A stretch of 64,000 nt of DNA. Origin: Planctomycetota bacterium. GTDB lineage: Bacteria; Planctomycetota; UBA1135; UBA2386. Shown piece by piece: positions 8,690 through 17,121 of this stretch; the first letter of the stretch is position 1; each line of letters starts with the position of its first letter. The position numbers were made by a program, and so were the translations under genes. The stretch is from NCBI GenBank assembly GCA_965228735.1, contig OZ245838.1:5280001-5344000 (forward strand), written 5' to 3'. The notes under the pieces were generated by a model. That model was not told where the DNA came from. It was given only the letters and a program-made list of their open reading frames with translations, and searched no databases.

Positions 8690-10696
8690 ATGAGCATCTC
8701 GAGGGCCGTTGGCCCGGGTCGGTCGACCGCTGTCGTCGCGGCGGTCTACGTCGCGTTCGCCGCGGCCCTCGTCGGAACGTGTCCTGCGCAGACCGACTGG
8801 GCGAAGTTCCGTGGTGCTCGCGGTGATGGCGTCGCGCCGCCGCAGGGCGTGGCCAAGGCTTGGGGTGACGGCGGCCCGCCCGAGCTCTGGCGGCGGGAGT
8901 TCGGCCCCGGCTTCTCGACCGTCGCGGCCGTCGGCGACCGGCTCTACACGATGGGAGCGCCGGGCGAGGTCGAAGAGGCGTTCTGCCTCGATGCGCGCAC
9001 GGGCGAGACCGTCTGGCGCGTGCCGCTCGGGCCGCGATTCGCGGACAAGTTCGGCGACGGGCCGCGCGCGACGCCGACGGTCGACGAGGATCTCGTCTTC
9101 GCCGTGTCCTCGACGATGCGGCTCGCGGCGATCGGCGTCGAGGACGGCGAGGTGCGCTGGCAGAAGGACCTGCTCACCGAGTTCTCCATGCGGCAACCGC
9201 GCTATGGGTTCTCGGCGTCGGTGCTCGTCGTCGGCGACCGCGCGATCCTCGAGGTCGGCGCGGGCGAGGGCAAGGCGGTGATGGCGTTCGCGCGCACGAC
9301 CGGTGACGTGGTCTGGACCGCGCTCGATCGCGGCCCGAGCAAGGGCACGCCGCTGCTCGCGGAGATCGGGGGAGTGCCACAGCTGATCTTCAACCGGCCG
9401 CGGCAGATCGCCGCGTTGTCGCTCGACGGTGACGTGCTCTGGACGCACGAGGCCGCGCCCGACGTCATCGCGATGGCGCACTTCGTGCCGCCCGACGTCG
9501 TGCTCACGTCATCGGCGTACATGGGCAAGGGCACGGTTGCGCTCCGGATCACGCGCGACGGCGACACCTTCACGGCCGAGCGGGCCTGGCTGAATCGGCG
9601 CTTCCGCAACCACTTCAACAACTCCGTGCTCGTCAACGGGCACCTGTTCGGGTTCGACAACTCGACGTTGCGCTGCATCAGCGCGACGACGGGCGAACTC
9701 GCATGGTCGAAGCGCGGGTTCGGCAAGGGCTCGCTCATCGCGTGCGAGGACGTGCTCTACGTGCTCGGTGATCAGGGCGTTCTCGCGCTCGTCGCGGCCG
9801 ATCCGGCGGACTACCGCGAGCTCGGTCGCGTGCAGGCGATGCAGGACGACGAAGGGCGATGCTGGACGTCGCCGACGCTCGCGTCAGGCCGGCTGTTCGT
9901 CCGCAATCTGAAGGAGATCGTGGCCTACGACGTGCGGGCCGCGGCATCGGCGGTCGCCGTCGCCGAGGCAGGTCCAGCGGCGACGCGCGAACGGCCGGCG
10001 GAGTCGACTCGACCCGACCTCGAACTCGCGGACGTGTTGCAGCGCTACACCGCCGCGCGCGGCGGTCTCGAACGCTGGCGCGAGGTCACGACGCTCGCGA
10101 TGCGTGGGACGTTCACCGCGTTCAGCGAGAGCGGCCCGTTCACCTTGCTTCGACGGCGCGATCACCTCTACCGCTTCGAGTACACGATGGGCGGCAAGAT
10201 GGACGCGCGCGCCCGCGATCAGGAAGGGCTCTGGTGGCGCTATCACCGCTTCCGCATCACCGAGGGCGCCCGCGTCGAGCTCGAGCCGTATCACCGCCAG
10301 ATGAAGCGCGAATCGATGTTCGAGCCCGCGCTGCTCGACGCCGAGGCGAAGGGGATCACCGTCGTGCGGCTCGGGCCGGGGCGCGTCGACGCGCAGCCGA
10401 CGATCGACCTCGAGCTCACGTTCCCCGACGGCTCCAAGGAACAGTGGCGATTGCACGCCGAGACGTTCCTCGAGGTCGCGGTCGACTCGATCATCGTCGA
10501 CATGAACCAGGCGCGCGAGCCGATGGAGAAGCGGGTCTTCTATTCCGACTTCCGCACGGTCGACGGCCTGGTGCTGCCGTTCCGCCGCGCGCTGGAGTTC
10601 GGCGCCCGGCTCGAGGAGATCGAGGTGAGCGAGGTCACCGTCGGCCCCGAACTGGACGCGGCCGCGTTCGCGCTGCCCGCCGGCGGCGGCAAGTAA
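8690..10696 (+). CDS. PQQ-like beta-propeller protein with C-terminal LolA-like domain
   Basis: AGGAGG RBS; DWAKFRGARGDG, CLDARTGETVW, GPRATP, CWTSPTLASGRLFVRN; C-terminal ARGGLERWREV...YSDFRTVDGLVLPF. Confidence 0.8.
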   Translation: MSISRAVGPGRSTAVVAAVYVAFAAALVGTCPAQTDWAKFRGARGDGVAPPQGVAKAWGDGGPPELWRREFGPGFSTVAAVGDRLYTMGAPGEVEEAFCLDARTGETVWRVPLGPRFADKFGDGPRATPTVDEDLVFAVSSTMRLAAIGVEDGEVRWQKDLLTEFSMRQPRYGFSASVLVVGDRAILEVGAGEGKAVMAFARTTGDVVWTALDRGPSKGTPLLAEIGGVPQLIFNRPRQIAALSLDGDVLWTHEAAPDVIAMAHFVPPDVVLTSSAYMGKGTVALRITRDGDTFTAERAWLNRRFRNHFNNSVLVNGHLFGFDNSTLRCISATTGELAWSKRGFGKGSLIACEDVLYVLGDQGVLALVAADPADYRELGRVQAMQDDEGRCWTSPTLASGRLFVRNLKEIVAYDVRAAASAVAVAEAGPAATRERPAESTRPDLELADVLQRYTAARGGLERWREVTTLAMRGTFTAFSESGPFTLLRRRDHLYRFEYTMGGKMDARARDQEGLWWRYHRFRITEGARVELEPYHRQMKRESMFEPALLDAEAKGITVVRLGPGRVDAQPTIDLELTFPDGSKEQWRLHAETFLEVAVDSIIVDMNQAREPMEKRVFYSDFRTVDGLVLPFRRALEFGARLEEIEVSEVTVGPELDAAAFALPAGGGK

Positions 10697-10753
10697 CGCG
10701 TTCCACGTTTCGGCCTCTTGCGCTCGGCGCTCTGCGGCATTGCAATCGCTGCC

Positions 10754-11320
10754 ATGGTCGACGTCGACAAGGCGCTGCAGACGCAGCTCTCCAACATCGA
10801 AGAACGCACGGGCAAGAAGCTGGCGCAGCTGTTCAAGCTGCTGCAGAAGGCCGGGCTCGACAAGCACGGTGCGATGGTCGCGCACCTGAAGAACGAGCTC
10901 GGGATGGGGCACGGCGACGCCAACACCGTCGTGCACATGTATCGCAAGCAGGATGATGAGTCCTCTTCGGCGTCGCCTGGCGCCGATCCGCTCGACGCGA
11001 TCTACACCGGCAAGAAGGCCGAGCTGCGCCCGCTGCACGACGCGGTGATGAAGAAGGTCGACAAGTTCGGGGACTTCGAGATCGCGCCGAAGAAGGCGTA
11101 CGTGAGCCTGCGCCGCAAGAAGCAGTTCGCGATGGTCGGGCCCGGCACGAAGGGTCGACTCGAGATCGGCGTCAACCTCAAGGACGGGGACGGCGACGAC
11201 CGCTTCGTCGCGCAGAAGCCGGGCGGCATGTGCCAGTTCAAGGTGTGGATCACCGAGGCCAAGGAGGTCGACAAGGACCTCGTGGCGTTCCTGAAGCGCG
11301 CGTTCGTCGCGGCTGGGTAA
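10754..11320 (+). CDS. DUF4287/DUF5655 domain protein
   Basis: NIEERTGK, LKNELGMGHGDAN, IAPKKAYVSLRRKKQFAMVGP. Confidence 0.8.
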   Translation: MVDVDKALQTQLSNIEERTGKKLAQLFKLLQKAGLDKHGAMVAHLKNELGMGHGDANTVVHMYRKQDDESSSASPGADPLDAIYTGKKAELRPLHDAVMKKVDKFGDFEIAPKKAYVSLRRKKQFAMVGPGTKGRLEIGVNLKDGDGDDRFVAQKPGGMCQFKVWITEAKEVDKDLVAFLKRAFVAAG

Positions 11321-11363
11321 CGGGCAAGAGCGCCGCCGAGCGGGCGGTTAGGATTGCGCGCCC

Positions 11364-14054
11364 ATGATCAGCCGTTCGGTCGTTCCGCTGCTCCTCGCCC
11401 TGGCAACGTGGCCGGTGGCCGGTGCGCTGGCGCAGGATGCCGCGTCGTCGTTCGACGAGCTGAAGCGCCGTGGTGCCGAGGCGTCCCGCTACCTCGCGCG
11501 CGAGCGCTCGGGCAACGCTGACGCGGCGACGCCGCAGGCGGACCTCGCGACGTTCCGGCAGCGAATCGCGCCGATCCTCGCGCAGAACTGCTACCGGTGT
11601 CACGGCGAGAAGAAGCAGAAAGCCGATCTGCGGATCGACACACTCGACCCGGACCTGTTCGACGGCGACGACGTCGACTGGTGGCTCGAGGTGCAGGCCG
11701 TGCTCACGAACGGCGAGATGCCGCCCGAGGACGAGCCGGCGATGGCGGGCTCCGATCGCGCTTCGGTGATCGACTGGCTGGCCGCGGAGAGTCAGGCCGC
11801 GTCGATGGCGCGGCGCGGCGCGGCGGAGCACTCGTCGTTCCGGCGCATGGCGCGGTACGAATACGGCCACGCGCTGCAGGATCTGCTCGGGCTGCCGTTC
11901 GACTTCGCGGAGGACCTGCCGCCGGACCCGGTGTCCGAGGACGGCTTCGAGAACAGCTCCGAGATGCTGCACCTGTCGGGACTGCAGCTGCGCGCCTACC
12001 TCGAGTCCGCGCGCAAGGCGCTGCGCCTCGCGACCGTGCGCGGCGAGCGGCCGACGACGCTGCACTGGGGCGTGTCGATGGCCGCGGCCGCAGAGGTCGC
12101 CTGGCAGCGGCAGGAGCAGCAGCTCGAGAACGTCCGGAAGAAGCACGGCAAGAACCCGGAGAAGCTCGCGGCCGAACTCGACAAGCAGCGGGCCGCGCAG
12201 CGGAGGCGGCCCGGCGGCGCGTTCTACCACGACCGCAGCAGCGGCCGCATGGCGCCGCAGCGATGGGGCTACAACAAGGCGCGGTTCGCATGGGCGCCCG
12301 CGCAAGAGACCCCCCGCATCCCGCCGAGCGATCTCGCGACCGAGGTCGGGACCATCGCGGTGGTGCCGCCGCGTCACAACCTCTACGTCGAGCTCGGCGA
12401 TCGGCTGCCGGAGCGCGGCGAACTGCGCGTCCGGGTGCGGGCGTGGCGCGCCGATGCCGAGGGCGCCAACCCGCCGAGTCTGCGGCTGCTGTTCGGCTGG
12501 AAGGCGAGCAACGACTCACAGGCCAACGTGATCCTGCCCGGGGAGGATCAGGTCGTGCACGCGACGGTCGGCGCCCCGCGGTTCTACGAGTGGCGGGTCC
12601 CGATGAGTCAGATCTACCCGCGCAACCTCGTGCGCGGGATCAATCAGCTCGGTGACCTGCCGAGTCCGTCGGAGTATCTGCGCATCGTCAACGCGTCGCA
12701 GTCCGGCGGTGACGTCCATCTCGACTACGTCTGGGTGAGTTCGCCCGTCTACGAGACGTGGCCGCCGGCGTCGCACGAGCGGATCTTCTTCCCGAGCGAG
12801 AACGAGCGGGACGAGGCGGTCTACGCGCGGGAGGTGATCCAGCGGTTCTTGCGGCGCGCGTGGCGGCGCGAGCCGACCGCCGCGGAGGTCGATCGCAAGA
12901 TGCGGTTGTTCGAACGCGTGCGGCCGCGGTGCGCGACCCTCGAGGACGCGGTCCTCGAGGCATTGGCGGCTGCGCTAGCGTCGCCGAACTTCCTCTACCT
13001 CGTCGAGCTCGACGCGGCGAGTGACGACGGCGGTGCATCGCGGCTGTCCGGTGCGGAGCTGGCGACGCGGCTCGCCATGTTCCTCTGGAGCGGCCTGCCC
13101 GACGACGAGCTGCGCGAGCTGGCTGCCAGCGGGCGCCTGCACGAGCCCGCCGTGCTCGCGGCACAGGTCGATCGCATGCTCGGCGATCCGCGGATCGAGC
13201 GCTTCAGCGCGCACTTCGTGCGGCAGTGGCTCAACCTCGAGCTGCTCGACTTCCTGCACGTCGACAAGAAGCAGTACCCGCACTTCGACGACGAGCTGAA
13301 GCGCGCGATGCGGCGCGAGCCGGTCGCGTTCTTCGCGGCCGTCCTGCGCGAGAACCTCGCCGTCCTCGAGTTCCTGCACGCCGATTTCACGTTCCTCAAC
13401 GAGCGGCTCGCGCGGCACTACGGCGTCGACGGTGTCGTCGGCAATCAGATGCGGCGCGTCGAGCTCGACGAGTCGCATCGCCGCGGCGGCCTCCTGACGC
13501 AGGCCGGGTTGCTCGCGATGAACTCGGACGGCAAGGACTCGCACCCGCTCAAGCGTGGCATCTGGATGCTCGAACGCATTCTCGACGATCCGCCGCCGCC
13601 GCCGCCGCCGGCCGTCCCCGAGATCGACCTCGCGGATCCGCGGATCGCGAAGATGACGCTGAAGGAGCGCATCGAGGATCACCGCAATCACGCGGCATGC
13701 CGGTCGTGCCATGCCAAGATCGATCCGTGGGGCATCGCGTTCGAGAACTTCGACGCCGTCGGTGCGTGGCGGACCGAGGTGCAGGGCAAGCCCGTCGACG
13801 CCGTGAGCGCGTTGTTCAACGGGCAGCAGCTCCACGGCATGGCGGGTTTGAAGCGCTTCCTGCTGAGCAACCGCCAGGACCAGTTCGTGCGGGCCCTCAC
13901 GCACAAGCTCGCGACCTACGCCCTCGGTCGACCGCTCGGATTCGGCGATCGGGCGGCGATCGACGAGATCGCGCGGCGGACGCGCGAGGCAGGCGACGGG
14001 CTGGCTGGTATGGTGAAGCACGTCGCGACCAGCGACCTGTTCCGTTCGAAGTGA
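11364..14054 (+). CDS. DUF1592/DUF1588 (PSD/PSCyt) planctomycete cytochrome-c-like protein
   Basis: CYRCH, GEMPP, RRMARYEY, SPNFLY, RGGLL, HPLKRGIW, PPPPPP, CRSCHAKIDPWG. Confidence 0.9.
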   Translation: MISRSVVPLLLALATWPVAGALAQDAASSFDELKRRGAEASRYLARERSGNADAATPQADLATFRQRIAPILAQNCYRCHGEKKQKADLRIDTLDPDLFDGDDVDWWLEVQAVLTNGEMPPEDEPAMAGSDRASVIDWLAAESQAASMARRGAAEHSSFRRMARYEYGHALQDLLGLPFDFAEDLPPDPVSEDGFENSSEMLHLSGLQLRAYLESARKALRLATVRGERPTTLHWGVSMAAAAEVAWQRQEQQLENVRKKHGKNPEKLAAELDKQRAAQRRRPGGAFYHDRSSGRMAPQRWGYNKARFAWAPAQETPRIPPSDLATEVGTIAVVPPRHNLYVELGDRLPERGELRVRVRAWRADAEGANPPSLRLLFGWKASNDSQANVILPGEDQVVHATVGAPRFYEWRVPMSQIYPRNLVRGINQLGDLPSPSEYLRIVNASQSGGDVHLDYVWVSSPVYETWPPASHERIFFPSENERDEAVYAREVIQRFLRRAWRREPTAAEVDRKMRLFERVRPRCATLEDAVLEALAAALASPNFLYLVELDAASDDGGASRLSGAELATRLAMFLWSGLPDDELRELAASGRLHEPAVLAAQVDRMLGDPRIERFSAHFVRQWLNLELLDFLHVDKKQYPHFDDELKRAMRREPVAFFAAVLRENLAVLEFLHADFTFLNERLARHYGVDGVVGNQMRRVELDESHRRGGLLTQAGLLAMNSDGKDSHPLKRGIWMLERILDDPPPPPPPAVPEIDLADPRIAKMTLKERIEDHRNHAACRSCHAKIDPWGIAFENFDAVGAWRTEVQGKPVDAVSALFNGQQLHGMAGLKRFLLSNRQDQFVRALTHKLATYALGRPLGFGDRAAIDEIARRTREAGDGLAGMVKHVATSDLFRSK

Positions 14055-14061
14055 GGCTCCC

Positions 14062-15456
14062 ATGACCTTCCGCTCCGCATCCCTCGACCGCCGGCGCTTC
14101 CTGCGCGGCTCGACGGCCGCTCTCGCGCTGCCGTGGTTCGAGACCGCGATGCGGCGTTCTTCCGGGGGACGCCGCGACAAGCCGAAGCGCCTCGTCTGCC
14201 TCTACCAGCCGGACGGCGTCCCGATGCCGCTGCCGCAGGATCCCGCGTTCGAGGACTGGTCGTGGTTCCCGCACGGCGGCGGGCGCGACTTCCGCTTCAC
14301 GAAGTGCCTCGAACCGCTCGCGCCCTTGCGCGAACGCCTGACGGTGCTGTCGGGCATGTCGCATCCCGCAGTTCGGGCCTACCACGGGCACAGCAACGCC
14401 GATCAGTTCCTCACGGGCGCCGACACGGGCGCGCGCGGCGTCTACCAGAACTCGGTGTCGCTCGATCAGGTGTTCGCCGAACAGGTGGGCGAGCAGACCC
14501 GCTTCGCGTCGCTCGTGATGTCGACCGACGGCGGCACGGGCACGCCGCGCGGCGCGCACACGTTGTCGTTCGATCGCAGTGGGCGGGCGATCCCGGCCGC
14601 GCACCGGCCGAAGAAGATCTTCGACTCGCTGTTCGTGACGGCCGACGAGGACGCCGCGCGTCGCCTCGCGCTCAACGAGAGCGCGCTCGACGACCTGCTC
14701 GACGATGCTCGCGCGCTGCGGGGCAAACTGAGCAAGCACGATCAGCAGGCGCTCGCCGACTATCTCGACTCCGTGCGCGACACCGAGCGCAAGGTCGAGA
14801 AGGCCAAGGCCTGGGTCGACGTGCCGCTGCCGAAGGTCGACGGCTCGCGCTTCGACCTCGACGTCACGCCCGAGAATGCGCGCAACTACCTGCGCACGAT
14901 GTTCGAGCTCATTCACCTGGCGCTCCACACCGATTCGACGCGCGTCGTGACCTATCAGATCGGCCGCGAGAACAGCGTCGGCATCAGCGACCGCCTCGGT
15001 CGCGCCGTCGGCTTTCCGCTCGCGCACCAGCTGTCGCACGAGACCAAGAAGCCGGGCGGCTGGAAGAACTTCGGCCTCTACTGCCGCTTCCTCGCCGAGG
15101 AGCTGCGCCACTTCGTGCAGCTGCTGCAGAACACGCCCGAGCCCGGCGGCGACGGCAGCATGCTCGACAACACGCTCGTGCTGTTCGGTTCGGCGTCGAG
15201 CGCGTTCCACCTGTCGCGCAACTACCCGCTGATCCTGCTCGGCGCGGAGAACATGGGGTTCCGCCACGGCCAGTACCTCAACTACGTCGTCGGCGACGCC
15301 TACGGCGGCGCCTGGACGGGCGGCCGGGAACCCTGGCAGCGCGAATTCGAGCACGACGACCGGCCGGCGGGGGAGCTGTTCGTCACGATGCTCCGGCGGC
15401 TCGGCGTCGACATCGATTCGTTCGCCGGATGCGTGGCCGGCCTCGACGACATCTGA
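14062..15456 (+). CDS. DUF1552 domain protein with Tat-like leader
   Basis: LDRRRFLRGSTAALALPWFE, SLDQVFA, DSTRVVTY, SMLDNT; canonical partner of DUF1592. Confidence 0.9.
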   Translation: MTFRSASLDRRRFLRGSTAALALPWFETAMRRSSGGRRDKPKRLVCLYQPDGVPMPLPQDPAFEDWSWFPHGGGRDFRFTKCLEPLAPLRERLTVLSGMSHPAVRAYHGHSNADQFLTGADTGARGVYQNSVSLDQVFAEQVGEQTRFASLVMSTDGGTGTPRGAHTLSFDRSGRAIPAAHRPKKIFDSLFVTADEDAARRLALNESALDDLLDDARALRGKLSKHDQQALADYLDSVRDTERKVEKAKAWVDVPLPKVDGSRFDLDVTPENARNYLRTMFELIHLALHTDSTRVVTYQIGRENSVGISDRLGRAVGFPLAHQLSHETKKPGGWKNFGLYCRFLAEELRHFVQLLQNTPEPGGDGSMLDNTLVLFGSASSAFHLSRNYPLILLGAENMGFRHGQYLNYVVGDAYGGAWTGGREPWQREFEHDDRPAGELFVTMLRRLGVDIDSFAGCVAGLDDI

Positions 15457-15465
15457 CGCCTGCAG

Positions 15466-15560
15466 GGCCAGCCCCGTACGGTACCCGGTTCGATCGGCCA
15501 GCCCCGTACGGTACCCGGTTCGATCTGCAAGCTGGGCCCCGCACGGTACCCGGTTCGATC
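15466..15560. repeat. Three near-identical tandem 25-30 bp repeats
   Basis: GGCCAGCCCCGTACGGTACCCGGTTCGATC at 15466 and 15496; GCCCCGCACGGTACCCGGTTCGATC at 15536. Confidence 0.95.
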
Positions 15561-15592
15561 TGCAGGTGATCGCATGACCCAATCCGAAGAGC

Positions 15593-15925
15593 ACCGATCC
15601 CATCGTCGTGTCCGGCTGGCTGACCGACGAGGAGATGCGCATCCGCAGCTCGATCGGCTTCTTCCTGTTCTTCCCGCGGGGCGGCAACGAGACCCTGCTC
15701 GAGCAGGCCGGCTTCGAGGTCATGGCCGTCGAGGACCGCACCGACAGCATGGCCGTCATGGCGCGGCGCTGGTTCGACGCGCGCGAACACCGCGCGAACG
15801 AGCTGCGCGAGATCGAGGGCGACGCGACCTTCGCGGGTCAGCAGACGTTCTTCGACACGACGGCGCGTCTCGCCGCAGAACGACGGCTCTCGCGGTTGTC
15901 GTTCCTGGCGCAGCTCGCGCGCTGA
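15593..15925 (+). pseudogene. C-terminal fragment of a class I SAM methyltransferase-like protein
   Basis: TDPIVVSGWLTDEEMRIRSSIGFFLF...LLEQAGFEVMAVEDRT...RRLSR; no SAM motif I; in-frame TGA at 15575. Confidence 0.5.
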
Positions 15926-15944
15926 CCGCGGGAGGTCGCCGGGG

Positions 15945-16426
15945 CTATCCGACGGCCGCGCCCGCGACCTGCCCGTGCGCCGAGCAGCACCGCAGGTTCG
16001 CCGTGTGGGCGACGACGAGCGCGATGCCGCCGATCAGGGTGACAATCGTGGCCGGCGGGATGTGCAGGGACTCGGTGCCCGTGGCCTCGTCGACGACGAA
16101 CGACGGGCAGCACTCGCACGCAAAGTCCTCGGCGTGGGCCGGGACCGTCAGGTACGGGAGCACGGCACCCGCGAGCACGAAGAGGATGCCGAAGGTCCCG
16201 AGCGTGACGACCCACTTGCGACCGTGGGTGCGGAGCCGTTGCGCAGCGCGAACGCGGCCACGGGCAGGACGAACGCGGCGATCGAGAGGTGCGAAACGGG
16301 GTGGGCCCAGAGGCCGCCGAGGGTCGGCAGCGCGATGAAGATCAGGGGCGCGATCGCGCAGTGGATCGCGCAGGCGACGGACGCGAAGACGCCCGCTCGA
16401 TCCAGGGATGCATGGGAAACCGCCAC
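15945..16426 (-). CDS. MerC-domain membrane protein with 1-bp frameshift at ~16233
   Basis: LDRAGVFASVACAIHCAIAPL in one frame; RTHGRKWVVTLG...GGIALVVAHTANLR in another; joined by adding one base after ALRNG. Confidence 0.8.
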
Positions 16427-16551
16427 GACAGGAGCGTAGTGCCGGTGGGCCCGGAGCGGTTCCCGGAATTCGACGGCGCGCCTCCCGCGCTGCCATGGGG
16501 TGTTCGTTCGCGAGAGCCCGGGGGGCTCTGTCGGGATAGGCTTGTGCCCGG

Positions 16552-17115
16552 ATGTCCGTTCCGCCCGCCGATCCGCCAGCCGGCCCACCCGCCGACCCGC
16601 TGCCGCTGCTCTACCGCGAACTGCGCGCGTTGGCCGCGCAGTATCTGCAGCGCTCCCCGGCCGGGGCCACGCTGCAGCCGACGGCGATCGTCAACGAGGC
16701 CTGGCTGCGGCTCCGGCACAACAACGGGCTCGACTGGAAGAGCCAGAGCCACTTCTTCGCGATCTCGGCGAACGCGATGCGGAACGTGCTCCTCGACCAC
16801 GCGCGGCGCAAACACGCGGACAAGCGCGGCGGCGGCGCCGCACGGGTCACGCTGTCGGCTGCGGAAAGTCCGAGCGAGTCTGGCCTGGCCGAGTCTGGGC
16901 TGGCCGAGCTCGATCTACTCGCGCTGTCCGAAGCGATGGACCGGCTCGCGGCGCTCGATGCGCGCCAGGCGCGGGTCGTCGAACTGCGGTTCTTCGCGGG
17001 CCTCGGCGTGCGCGAGATCGCCGAGCAGATCGGGGTGAGCGAGCGCACGGTGAAGAACGACTGGCGCATGGCCAAGGCGTGGCTGCGGGTCGAGCTCGCC
17101 GACGACGCCGACTGA
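16552..17115 (+). CDS. ECF sigma factor, kinase-associated type (TIGR02999-like)
   Basis: LPLLYRELRALA, TLQPTAIVNEAWLRL, HFFAISANAMRNVLLDHAR, VVELRFFAGL, TVKNDWRMAKAWL. Confidence 0.92.
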   Translation: MSVPPADPPAGPPADPLPLLYRELRALAAQYLQRSPAGATLQPTAIVNEAWLRLRHNNGLDWKSQSHFFAISANAMRNVLLDHARRKHADKRGGGAARVTLSAAESPSESGLAESGLAELDLLALSEAMDRLAALDARQARVVELRFFAGLGVREIAEQIGVSERTVKNDWRMAKAWLRVELADDAD

Positions 17116-17121
17116 AGCGGG

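Noticed and set aside
15466..15560. CRISPR array
   Set aside because: Repeats abut or are about 10 bp apart; no unique spacers and no cas genes
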